Virus record (IMG/VR): IMGVR_UViG_3300028886_000001
Reading direction: 5' to 3' (one strand)
Source of the DNA: a virus
Taxonomy: Duplodnaviria > Caudoviricetes
DNA: 64,000 nucleotides
The position numbers and the translations under genes were made by a program. Below the pieces are notes generated by a model. It saw only the letters and a list, made by a program, of their open reading frames with translations. It was not told where the DNA came from and searched no databases. Shown here piece by piece: positions 1 through 8,758 of the stretch (its first letter is position 1; each line of letters starts with the position of its first letter).

Positions 1-10
1 TGCTTATAGC

Positions 11-2359
11 ATGGAATATATAACAGGTAATGGTACTCAAGTAAATAATATTAGTAATAATATTATGAATGCAATGCCAACACAACAACCTATGTATGGT
101 ATGCAACAACCAATGGTAAACAATTTCTATAATCCTATGATGCCACAATATCCACCAATGGGTAATATGATGCCTATGTATAATGGATATGGTATGCAAC
201 CTATGGTAAATATACCAATGATGCCTTACCAACCAATGGGTATGCAACAACCAATGCAACAAATGCCATCTGTTCCAGAACTAATGGCAAGAAGCAAAGC
301 TATGTTTGGAAATCCTTATGAGGATTTTAAGAAACATCCAGAAAGGTATGCAGATGTACCAAAAGCTGCAAATGGATTACCAGATCCATGTGCGTTAGCA
401 GAACGTAATGCACGTATGGTGCTTAATACTACACCATATGTAATGCCTAATTATATGGGAGGATTTAGAGCACCAATGCCACCTTACTATAACCCATATA
501 ATCCATATATGCAACAACCAATGATGCCAATGTTCAATCCAATGATGAACTCTGGTTATGGTAGAGATATGCTTAGCATATTAATATCAGCAGAGAGTCA
601 ACTTAATCGTAACAATATGGCAAGTCAAAACAGCTTTACTCAAAAGCTAATGCGTAATGCAATGGAGCTTGAGGGTATTGACAATGAAGAAATAAATAGA
701 AGGTTAAAACCAACACAACCTATCTATGGTCTTAATATACCAAAGCAACATAAGCCTTTGGACGAAAAAGCTCGTAGAAAGAGGGAGATGTTATTATCTC
801 AATTTGACATTTGGATACAAGCTAAAACTGAAGAAGCTTATAGACAATATAAAGCTAGTAGGAATGAACCAATGCCAGTTCTAGTTCCTTCAGTATCTCG
901 TGATTTTGCAGCTTATGTAAATTACGTTAATGAACCTGGCATAGGTTATAACGAATTTGCAAATAGATTAGCTGAAGTAAAACATGCAGAAATGCTTAGT
1001 AGTATTAGGAGGAAAGCCAAATATGAAGGCTCTCAGACTTTTATGAACAAAAAGCATATAAATAACAATTTCAGAATGGGATATAATCCTATATATGCTG
1101 ACAATATGGCAGCAATGTCTATGGTAAATAAACCCTTTCCAACTACATTAGATCCTTATAAGCAATATGCTGATCCTAGATCTGATGAAGAAATAAAAAA
1201 AGTAATATATTCAGATGCATCTGAATATAGTAATTGTTTAAGAAGTACTATACCAGATGATCAAAAACTTGTTAATGCAATCAATAATGCAGAACAAGAG
1301 CAAAGTGAAGCAGTAGATAGAATATCTACTGACTCTGAAGATAATAAGCCTTATGAAGAGGAACAACCAAAATCGGAAGAGACAAAGGAGGTAGAGACTA
1401 AGAAGCCTATAATGGATAATACTGAAAGTCTCAAATGTCTCAGGCGATTTGGATTAAATATAAATGAATATGAGGACTTCGATAACAAAACATTTGACTC
1501 ATTAAGAGGTCCTCGTGTTTGTGATGTAATAGATCCAGAAAGTATGGAGCTAATACGTAAAGCAGTAAAAAGTCCTAGCCCTCAGAAAAAACTTAAGATG
1601 GTTAAGGATATTATTACTGAAAGATGTCCTAGATTAAGATATTTCAATAGAGGCACTAATAGATTTGCCTTTATTGATATATTGGATGATTCATATATAT
1701 TTAAAATAGGACATACAATGGAAGGAGAAAATGCAACTAAGAATGAGTTTGCAACACAAGATATTCTTAAACCTTTCTGTACTAGAATATTTGATATCTC
1801 AGAAGATGGTATATTCTCTACTTGTGAGAGAGTACAAAGATATGAGAAGGATGCATATGCTGAAAGGTTTGATGAAATAAAATATGTGTTACAAGAAGTA
1901 ATGAGCAGATGTGTAGTAGATGATGCTGGATTACTAACTTTTAATAACTGGGGAATCAGAGAAGGTTTCGGTCCAGTAATATTAGACTATGCACGTTGTT
2001 ATAGACTTGTGGATAAATATGTAAGATGTAATCATAAGAAAGCAAATGGTGAGTATTGTGATGGCATTATGCAATTTGATACTACATTCTCATATTTTAG
2101 ATGTCCTAAGTGTGGTCAAACATGTCATATATCTATGGCTAGAGGTTTACAACAAATAGAATATCATAGTTTACACAATAAGTTCTTGGATTATTCTATT
2201 AGTAAAGCCATGACTGATATAAAACATTTGGATTTACACATAAAGGTAGTTAAAGGTGATGAAGTATTGTATGATACGGAAGAAGCCAAGAAGAAAAAGG
2301 AAGTATCAAACTCTAAGAGGATCAAGAAACCAGTAGAGATTGATATGAGTCAATACTAG
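11..2359 (+). CDS. Protein kinase-like protein with long M/P/Q/N/Y-rich low-complexity N-terminus and C-terminal zinc ribbon (may begin upstream of window)
   Basis: N-terminal ~190 aa of PMYGMQQP-type low complexity. Kinase-fold motifs in order: RGTNRFAF (G-loop), YIFKIG (Lys), TKNEF (helix C Glu), DDAGLLTFNNWG (catalytic loop), VILDYA (DFG-like). Then CNH..CDG..CPKCG. No in-frame stop before position 11. Confidence 0.7.
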   Translation: MEYITGNGTQVNNISNNIMNAMPTQQPMYGMQQPMVNNFYNPMMPQYPPMGNMMPMYNGYGMQPMVNIPMMPYQPMGMQQPMQQMPSVPELMARSKAMFGNPYEDFKKHPERYADVPKAANGLPDPCALAERNARMVLNTTPYVMPNYMGGFRAPMPPYYNPYNPYMQQPMMPMFNPMMNSGYGRDMLSILISAESQLNRNNMASQNSFTQKLMRNAMELEGIDNEEINRRLKPTQPIYGLNIPKQHKPLDEKARRKREMLLSQFDIWIQAKTEEAYRQYKASRNEPMPVLVPSVSRDFAAYVNYVNEPGIGYNEFANRLAEVKHAEMLSSIRRKAKYEGSQTFMNKKHINNNFRMGYNPIYADNMAAMSMVNKPFPTTLDPYKQYADPRSDEEIKKVIYSDASEYSNCLRSTIPDDQKLVNAINNAEQEQSEAVDRISTDSEDNKPYEEEQPKSEETKEVETKKPIMDNTESLKCLRRFGLNINEYEDFDNKTFDSLRGPRVCDVIDPESMELIRKAVKSPSPQKKLKMVKDIITERCPRLRYFNRGTNRFAFIDILDDSYIFKIGHTMEGENATKNEFATQDILKPFCTRIFDISEDGIFSTCERVQRYEKDAYAERFDEIKYVLQEVMSRCVVDDAGLLTFNNWGIREGFGPVILDYARCYRLVDKYVRCNHKKANGEYCDGIMQFDTTFSYFRCPKCGQTCHISMARGLQQIEYHSLHNKFLDYSISKAMTDIKHLDLHIKVVKGDEVLYDTEEAKKKKEVSNSKRIKKPVEIDMSQY

Positions 2360-2377
2360 GCAGAGATGCCTAGTATT
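2352..2377 (+). terminator. Intrinsic terminator hairpin overlapping stop codon
   Basis: AATACTAGGCA-gaga-TGCCTAGTATT followed by CTTTTATT. Confidence 0.75.
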
Positions 2378-2393
2378 CTTTTATTACAGCGAT

Positions 2394-2405
2394 AACACAT
2401 AAGTA
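2394..2405 (+). promoter_or_regulatory. AR9-type late promoter AACA-N6-TA
   Basis: AACA CATAAG TA upstream of RBS of 2457. Confidence 0.6.
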
Positions 2406-2456
2406 TACAATACTTATGTATTATATATTCAAATAATATTAAAGGAGAGATTAATC

Positions 2457-2969
2457 ATGAAGATTAAAATAATAAGAGCAAATGGAGAGTCAACTACTGT
2501 TGATAGTGAAAAGAAAGGAGAACCTACTTTCAATGAAAAAGCTAGGTGGAAAAAACAAAGCAATACTCATTTTACAGTAGTAGCTGATTTACCTAATGGT
2601 AACGGTCTTAATAATGATCTAAAGAAAGAAGTAACAGAAAAAGTTATCAATAAAGATCAAGACGAGCAACGTTCTGCTAATAATAAGCAGAATGAAAGAA
2701 AGAGGGACAATAGATATCCTAATGGTAAAAAAAAAGAACAAAAAGAGGAAAACTATAAAATAAATAAAGACGGTATAATAGTACCTGAAGAAGAAAAAGA
2801 AGTTGTAGAAGTAAATAAAGACTTAGCTGATAAATTAGTTGAGTCTATGACTACTTCTGATGAGGATAAAGACATCATGACAAAGAAGATCATGGAACAA
2901 TATGGTTTAGAACCTGGAAATGATCAATCTGGTCTAGAAGATGAAGAAGATCCAATAAATGAATATTAA
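2457..2969 (+). CDS. Hypothetical highly charged, probably disordered protein
   Basis: AAGGAG RBS; K/E/N/D-rich. Confidence 0.75.
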   Translation: MKIKIIRANGESTTVDSEKKGEPTFNEKARWKKQSNTHFTVVADLPNGNGLNNDLKKEVTEKVINKDQDEQRSANNKQNERKRDNRYPNGKKKEQKEENYKINKDGIIVPEEEKEVVEVNKDLADKLVESMTTSDEDKDIMTKKIMEQYGLEPGNDQSGLEDEEDPINEY

Positions 2970-2983
2970 AGGAGTGATATAAA

Positions 2984-3640
2984 ATGACAGGGAGAATATC
3001 AGTAACAACAGATATTAATGTAGTATACGATAATATTTCTTCTTGTAAGGTAATTACTATAGTAGATGTAGATAATATTACTAGTGAGCTTAAAGCTATA
3101 TCTACTATAGCTCCTTTTATGCTTCCACCTTATGAAGTTGTATCTAGAAAACTATGTGATGAAGATGAATCAGTGTTTTCTATATTATACTCTCAATACT
3201 TACATCAAGGTGAACCTTTAGAGTTTATAGCTATATTGTATAAAGCTCTATTACAAGGAGTAAATATATTATTATATTTCCCTTCAGATTATGAGCTATT
3301 TATAAACGAGCTATTATTTATATTGGCAAATGAATTTGGATTCTGGTTTGATGGAGACATAGGATTAAATATGGGATATATAGGTTTTATAAATGTATTA
3401 TTATATTCATATGATCTAATATCACCATATGAATTATTATGCTTCATTAAAGATGTATCAGAATTACCAAGAGAAGTCATTGGTAAACTATCTGAAGAAC
3501 TATTCTTACCGTATGAAGTAATGACATATGAACAGATAGTGCAGTATATTAATAATATGCTTCATAAGCAAAGAGCATCTGATGGTAGTATACTAAGAAA
3601 TATATGGAGGGTAGATAATAATGCTAGTATTCACAAATAG
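2984..3640 (+). CDS. Hypothetical protein, possible DUF488-like fold, paralog of next gene
   Basis: AAGGAGTG RBS; LPP..F...Y..Y......EF...L....G.N.. pattern shared with 3621..4085. Confidence 0.65.
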   Translation: MTGRISVTTDINVVYDNISSCKVITIVDVDNITSELKAISTIAPFMLPPYEVVSRKLCDEDESVFSILYSQYLHQGEPLEFIAILYKALLQGVNILLYFPSDYELFINELLFILANEFGFWFDGDIGLNMGYIGFINVLLYSYDLISPYELLCFIKDVSELPREVIGKLSEELFLPYEVMTYEQIVQYINNMLHKQRASDGSILRNIWRVDNNASIHK

Positions 3641-4085
3641 TCATTGTTTAACTCCAGAGATAGTATATAATCAAGAGAATGTAATATATAATCTATCTTC
3701 TTATATAGAAGGGTTCGAAAGAGTTAATATTCTTCCACCCTTCGGATTAGATAGATATAGTAGGGAATTTGATTTAGCATATGAAGAATATATAAGAACC
3801 AATGATTCAGTATTCATGGAGTTTATGAAGATAATAATGTCTTTATATAATGGATACAATGTCATTATCTTAGTAGATATGAATAGTCCAATATTCACTA
3901 GTGTTACAGAATCTTTAATTATACTATTTGAACAGAAGTATGATTTAATACCTAATATAGTTCAAGAATTAGAAGATTGGGACTCTGTAGAAGAATATAG
4001 CTTTTCAGAAAGAGGGATAAATAATTTACTTATAGAAAAAGAGAGATATTCATATATAATAGAAGCGATGAATCTATATAAGTAG
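3621..4085 (+). CDS. Hypothetical protein, paralog of previous gene
   Basis: GGAGGG RBS; ILPPF..EFDLAYEEY..FMEFMKIIMSLYNGYNVIIL. Confidence 0.65.
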   Translation: MLVFTNSHCLTPEIVYNQENVIYNLSSYIEGFERVNILPPFGLDRYSREFDLAYEEYIRTNDSVFMEFMKIIMSLYNGYNVIILVDMNSPIFTSVTESLIILFEQKYDLIPNIVQELEDWDSVEEYSFSERGINNLLIEKERYSYIIEAMNLYK

Positions 4086-4120
4086 ATTCATCCTTCTTAT
4101 TTTTTTAAAAGGAGGTAAAT

Positions 4121-4927
4121 ATGTATAGTACTTTGTATAATAAGCACAATTATCTTTTAGATGATCAGAAGTTTTTATTGTCTAATTATATAAGAGAATA
4201 TGATTTATCTAAAGCTAATATAAGTGTATTATATGCTAGTAAAGTTATAGATGAAGATACTTATAATAGATTATTAGTATCAGATAAAATGGATAGAGAG
4301 ATTGAAATAGGAAAGATGATAAGAAAAGATTCATCTATTCAAGATACTTTATCTAAAGGTATAATAGAAGCAAAGAAATTATTATTTGAAGCTAATCAAA
4401 TACAAGATAATGAAGTTTTATCTATTAAGAATGATGCTGTGTTTATTATAGGAAGACCATTATATAATACAGTATTTCTTAATGGATTATTGACTTTCAA
4501 TAATAAGAATAACTATAATTCATATTATAGATTAGGTACTTATGAGTATTATGGTTATAATATAAATGATGTATATGATATAGACATAAAAGGTATGGGA
4601 AGTAAGAGATCTTTACATGAGAAATATATGATAGATTTCTTTAAATATTGTTTCTATATGGCAGAGCAAGTAAATATAAGAGAGATATTAGATTTAGTAA
4701 AAGGCTTCTATACAGACTATGTATGTCTTAAATTGGCTAATGGATATTATAGACCATTAAATAGTGAAAGATACTTATTGAGAAATATGCTTCAATATTG
4801 TCCTCCACAAGAAGTAGATGAAGTTAGAGAAGAAGATAAGAAGTATATAGATATATCTTACAATCTTAATATACTTAGAGAACTTCATCAATGTTATTCG
4901 ACAGTATATTTTAATAAGAGGAGATAG
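4121..4927 (+). CDS. Stand-alone family B-like DNA polymerase palm subunit (divergent)
   Basis: EYDLSKAN (motif A-like), SIKNDAVF (motif C-like), IDIKG; only 268 aa with no exonuclease domain. Confidence 0.6.
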   Translation: MYSTLYNKHNYLLDDQKFLLSNYIREYDLSKANISVLYASKVIDEDTYNRLLVSDKMDREIEIGKMIRKDSSIQDTLSKGIIEAKKLLFEANQIQDNEVLSIKNDAVFIIGRPLYNTVFLNGLLTFNNKNNYNSYYRLGTYEYYGYNINDVYDIDIKGMGSKRSLHEKYMIDFFKYCFYMAEQVNIREILDLVKGFYTDYVCLKLANGYYRPLNSERYLLRNMLQYCPPQEVDEVREEDKKYIDISYNLNILRELHQCYSTVYFNKRR

Positions 4928-4931
4928 TATA

Positions 4932-5060
4932 ATGGATAAACTAAAGCTATATGAATATAATAAACACAAATACGATAGAGGATGTCTATTTACAGTAGAT
5001 GTAATAAAGAATAGGTATTATACCTATTCTTTTATTTTTTCTATGATACTGAGAATATAA
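4932..5060 (+). pseudogene. Short ORF/gene remnant running into the repeated terminator-promoter cassette
   Basis: GAGGAG RBS, ATG at 4932 (MDKLKLYEYNKHKYDRGCLFTVDVIK...); frame reads through the terminator hairpin of the repeat. Confidence 0.35.
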
Positions 5061-5166
5061 GTGTTTGTAAAACTTCTATATTTCAATTGTATATTATTAT
5101 CTTGTAATAATCAATAGTATATAATATAAAGAATAATAAAGGGAGGATGATTATTATGATGAATAA
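5007..5166 (+). repeat. ~160-bp dispersed repeat copy A: terminator + early promoter + RBS + first codons
   Basis: Near-identical to 49552..49707 (aagaataggtattatacctattcttttattttttctatgatactgag...tttcaattgtatattattatcttgtaataatcaatagtata...aaagggaggatgattattatgatgaataa). Confidence 0.95.
5085..5097 (+). promoter_or_regulatory. Early-type phage promoter AATTRTATATTAT
   Basis: AATTGTATATTAT; recurs upstream of 10 non-structural genes; core resembles phiKZ early TATATTAC. Confidence 0.7.
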
Positions 5167-5353
5167 AATGTTAGTAGAAAAGTTATCAAGAGAGGACATC
5201 GAGTATGTACTTGACAACCTAGGAGACATGACAGAAAGTGAAAGGTATCAAATTGTTAATGCTCTTTCTGAGCCATTAACATTAGATACCTTGGTAAAAG
5301 GTTACGACCTTTTACTAAAAGTAATGAGGTTCGAACAAGCCTCAAAAAGATAA
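5156..5353 (+). CDS. Small hypothetical early protein
   Basis: GGGAGG RBS favours ATG 5156; more GC-rich codons than neighbours. Confidence 0.75.
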   Translation: MMNKMLVEKLSREDIEYVLDNLGDMTESERYQIVNALSEPLTLDTLVKGYDLLLKVMRFEQASKR

Positions 5354-5377
5354 AGAATAAGCATTTGCTTATTCTTT
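5352..5377. terminator. Bidirectional terminator between convergent genes
   Basis: AAAGAATAAGCA-tt-TGCTTATTCTTT with A/T tracts on both sides. Confidence 0.75.
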
Positions 5378-5811
5378 TATTTTTTTGTTTCATTGGTTTC
5401 TATTACATATCTTAATACTCTAATATATACTCTTTCTGCTATAACAGGACCTAAATCATATTGGTATAATTGTCTTAATTTGCATGATATTGTCTTGCAG
5501 TTAGATACTCTATTAGCTACTCTTTCAGCTAACTCTTTTCTTATTTGTTCTTCCATCTTAGGAGTAATTTCTGTTATGTTTTTATAGTTCATATTTATAG
5601 TAGTATAGACTAATAGCTCTTCATCTATTATTAGATCTAGAAGACTAAAAGACTCTGCTCCTAATTCAATATTATTTCTTGTTTCAATCTCTTCTAATTG
5701 ATATCTCTTCTTCTCTATAGAAGTCTTTCTTATTGTTTCTATAGTTATTATTAATGAAAATATAAATATTATTACAGCAGTAGCTATAGCACAAATATCA
5801 ATCACATCCAT
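5377..5811 (-). CDS. Hypothetical membrane-anchored protein
   Basis: N-terminal TM helix (ICAIATAVIIFIFSLIITI); GGAGTG RBS before ATG 5811. Confidence 0.75.
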   Translation of the reverse strand: MDVIDICAIATAVIIFIFSLIITIETIRKTSIEKKRYQLEEIETRNNIELGAESFSLLDLIIDEELLVYTTINMNYKNITEITPKMEEQIRKELAERVANRVSNCKTISCKLRQLYQYDLGPVIAERVYIRVLRYVIETNETKK

Positions 5812-6457
5812 TTTCCACACTCCAATCATATATTTTTTCTCTAAGATCTAATAGTCCATTATCATTAGATTCTCCTTCATCTATACTTCTATTTAAATAG
5901 TATAATATCTTATAAGCTATGTCTTGAGTTATTCCATCATGATATTCTTCTAAGAAGCTTTGCCAATTACCGAAACACATATCAGGATGTATAAAGAAAT
6001 CTTGACTATTATGATATAGTTGATGAGAAGTTAATGATAGCATTACTAATTGAATCCTATTATTTTTGTGTTCTTTCTTTAAAAGATTAACTAAATCGAA
6101 TGTAGTTATATATCCATATGTATTTAGCATATGTTCTGTTATAATAACTGCTATATCAAATATAGTTAGCATATTATGATGCATTTCAATAGTAGCCATT
6201 TCATTAGTAATATTCCCATGAAATTGACATCTATCTAATCCTAGATTTATTAGGTATCCTTTATAATGCTTATAAGTTCTACTATGTCTAAATCTAGATA
6301 TAGCATTATTTAAGAATCTCTCATATACTTGTACATCTAATAAAGATTCTCTTGTTTGATAGAATGGAAGTTCAAATGGAGTATTAGGTGATGTTAATGT
6401 AGGATTAATAAATCCTCCTTGTGTATCTATTCCAGGAATGTTGTTATAAGTGTTCAT
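5798..6457 (-). CDS. HNH-like (beta-beta-alpha-Me) fold protein
   Basis: CQFHG...IEMHH...LVMLSLTSHQLYH pattern; late promoter at 6488..6499. Confidence 0.55.
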   Translation of the reverse strand: MNTYNNIPGIDTQGGFINPTLTSPNTPFELPFYQTRESLLDVQVYERFLNNAISRFRHSRTYKHYKGYLINLGLDRCQFHGNITNEMATIEMHHNMLTIFDIAVIITEHMLNTYGYITTFDLVNLLKKEHKNNRIQLVMLSLTSHQLYHNSQDFFIHPDMCFGNWQSFLEEYHDGITQDIAYKILYYLNRSIDEGESNDNGLLDLREKIYDWSVENGCD

Positions 6458-6487
6458 ATCTAAAACCCCCTTTAATCATTTAATTAT

Positions 6488-6499
6488 TACATGTATGTT
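6488..6499 (-). promoter_or_regulatory. Late promoter AACA-N6-TA
   Basis: minus strand AACA TACATG TA. Confidence 0.65.
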
Positions 6500-6524
6500 A
6501 CGCTATGTCATTGTACAGCATTTC

Positions 6525-6537
6525 AATTATATATTAT
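6525..6537 (+). promoter_or_regulatory. Early-type promoter
   Basis: tttcAATTATATATTATtatcttgt, same flanks as the 5085 and 49630 copies. Confidence 0.7.
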
Positions 6538-6606
6538 TATCTTGTCATAATAGTTACATGATTATATAGATACATAAATAAATTATATGGAAGGGAGGAG
6601 ATTATT

Positions 6607-7080
6607 ATGACAATATATTTTGAAAGCAGGAAAGATTCCTGCTCACATTTTGGTAGAGGAAGTATCTATGAGGATATTTCCTGTATGACATGTCACGATC
6701 GCAGGGAATGCAATAACATTAATGGGGAAAGACAGATGAAACATTTTATGGACAGTCATAAAGACTGCATAGGGTGTGAGAATTATGACCATTATGAATG
6801 CAAAGGAACATCTTTGTGTTTCGGTCATATAGAAAGATGCAATGAGGAGGAGTACTGTCAATGTATGAATCATTGCATTGATAGTTCTACTGCAAAAAAG
6901 ATTAAAAATTATAAGTGCAAAAGAAGTATACGTTCACAATACGGTGACGTATACGAAAAAGGAAAAGTATATTCAGTATTGCATACTGAATATGCATACT
7001 TTGCACATGTTAAAGGTGGTTGGTGGAAGATGTTTGAGTCTTCCACCATCTTCGAAGATTACTTCGAAGAGATAAAGTAA
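6607..7080 (+). CDS. Cys/His-rich hypothetical early protein
   Basis: GGGAGGAG RBS; multiple CxxC/CxC clusters in N-terminal half. Confidence 0.75.
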   Translation: MTIYFESRKDSCSHFGRGSIYEDISCMTCHDRRECNNINGERQMKHFMDSHKDCIGCENYDHYECKGTSLCFGHIERCNEEEYCQCMNHCIDSSTAKKIKNYKCKRSIRSQYGDVYEKGKVYSVLHTEYAYFAHVKGGWWKMFESSTIFEDYFEEIK

Positions 7081-7130
7081 ATAGGTTGGGTCCATTCCAA
7101 CCTTTTATTTTTTGTATATTTACGTATCTC

Positions 7131-7142
7131 AACATAGTAGTA
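7131..7142 (+). promoter_or_regulatory. Late promoter AACA-N6-TA
   Basis: AACA TAGTAG TA just upstream of AAGGAG. Confidence 0.7.
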
Positions 7143-7169
7143 TAAATAAATAAAAGGAGAGTGAAATCA

Positions 7170-8756
7170 ATGGCAAATAAAGAAAAAGGTAAAATAACCA
7201 CTAAGCAATTAAGTGAAGAAGTTTTACGTTTAATAGATCAAAAAGCTGTTACTTATGTACAAAGAGATGTACAGCATAATAGTATCACTTCAGGAGGTTT
7301 ACCACTTCCTGATAATGATTTTGACCATGAATATTATGAGAAGTTTCATAATAACCCAATAAGAAACTGTGTGGCTCATATATATGGAGCAGGTAATGTA
7401 CCTAAGAATAAATATGAAAAAGATTCAGATTTACTTCTAGTATATCTAAATGGAACTTTGTTATATGAAGATATAGATTATGCAGTAAGTCCTAATAGTG
7501 AATACATAAAGAGATTAGACAACTCTACTTGGCTTAAAGTTGGAGATCCTTATGTGTATATTAATACTATACCAAGTGATACACCAGAAGAAAATAAGCA
7601 TCTATATAGAAAGTTCCCTTCTAATGGAAATTTCTTTTATTTTATAATAATAAAAGGTGCTAGAGCTGATTATGGTTCTATTCAAGGTTCAGATATAATA
7701 GATGGAACTATAGAAGAAAGAAAGTTAGATAGTACATTAAAGAGAAAGATAGATGCTAAATTAGATGACGATAATCTAGATCCTATAAGAAACGATATAG
7801 ATGTAATCAATACTAAATTAGTAAATATAGATCCTTCTCTAGCGGCTAGTGAAGTCCCTGTTGGTACTACATTAAATGCTACTATAAAATATATATTAGA
7901 GCAATCTATAGAGCAAACTGATTTCTATAAAAAGTTAAAGACTGCTAATATAAGAAGAGTAGCATTAAGACTAAAACTATATGCTTATAAAGGACAAATC
8001 TTTATAGGGGATAATACAGATAATAATTTTACTACAGTATTCTTATTATCAAGTATAGTAGAAGGATTATCAAATAATGGATTAAAAGTTAGTCTTATAT
8101 TTGATATGACTGAGAGTATAATAAATACATTTGGTGGTCCATCAAATGATTTCTTTACTATGTATACTAAGTTCTTAATAGATACATTAACTACAGTATC
8201 TGGTATAAATTCTATAGCAGAATATATAGACCACGCATTCTTATTTACAGACTGTCCTTCTTTATCTAGCAATGAAGAGAAAGAATATAAAGTAAAAGAG
8301 ATGGTAGATACATTAAGAACCAAAACAGCAGGCAAACAAATTCAATATGGATTCATTACTACATTACAGACTATGGAGTTAGTTAATGGTATAACTGTAT
8401 TTGATGATTTTGATATTATAGGTATAAATAATGAACCTAATGTATCTGACACAGCTAGTAGAAATGAAGCATTTGTTGCTATGAGACATGTAGATTATTA
8501 TAGCATATTTGATATGATAGATAAGATATGTAAAGATAATAATAAGAGGTATATAGTTACTGGTATGGGATATAATAAATCAGTAAAGAGTCAAGATCAA
8601 TATATGATAAACTATATTCAAGCAGCATTTGATATATTTAAACATAGTGATTATTGTGATGAATTCTGGTTAAATGATGTTACTTATAGTAGTAATTATA
8701 ATTGGATGATTAGTGATGCTACTTATACAGCAGTAAAAAATTTAGGAGGTAAATAA
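7170..8756 (+). CDS. Tail/baseplate fibre protein with C-terminal degenerate clan GH-A TIM-barrel domain
   Basis: LLVYLNGTLLYEDIDY and IIDGTIEERKL motifs shared with fibre genes 30080 and 31687; C-terminal GLKVSL...FDIIGIN...YIVTGMGY...AAFDIF...DEFWL resembles GH113/GH53-type barrels. Confidence 0.6.
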   Translation: MANKEKGKITTKQLSEEVLRLIDQKAVTYVQRDVQHNSITSGGLPLPDNDFDHEYYEKFHNNPIRNCVAHIYGAGNVPKNKYEKDSDLLLVYLNGTLLYEDIDYAVSPNSEYIKRLDNSTWLKVGDPYVYINTIPSDTPEENKHLYRKFPSNGNFFYFIIIKGARADYGSIQGSDIIDGTIEERKLDSTLKRKIDAKLDDDNLDPIRNDIDVINTKLVNIDPSLAASEVPVGTTLNATIKYILEQSIEQTDFYKKLKTANIRRVALRLKLYAYKGQIFIGDNTDNNFTTVFLLSSIVEGLSNNGLKVSLIFDMTESIINTFGGPSNDFFTMYTKFLIDTLTTVSGINSIAEYIDHAFLFTDCPSLSSNEEKEYKVKEMVDTLRTKTAGKQIQYGFITTLQTMELVNGITVFDDFDIIGINNEPNVSDTASRNEAFVAMRHVDYYSIFDMIDKICKDNNKRYIVTGMGYNKSVKSQDQYMINYIQAAFDIFKHSDYCDEFWLNDVTYSSNYNWMISDATYTAVKNLGGK

Positions 8757-8758
8757 TT

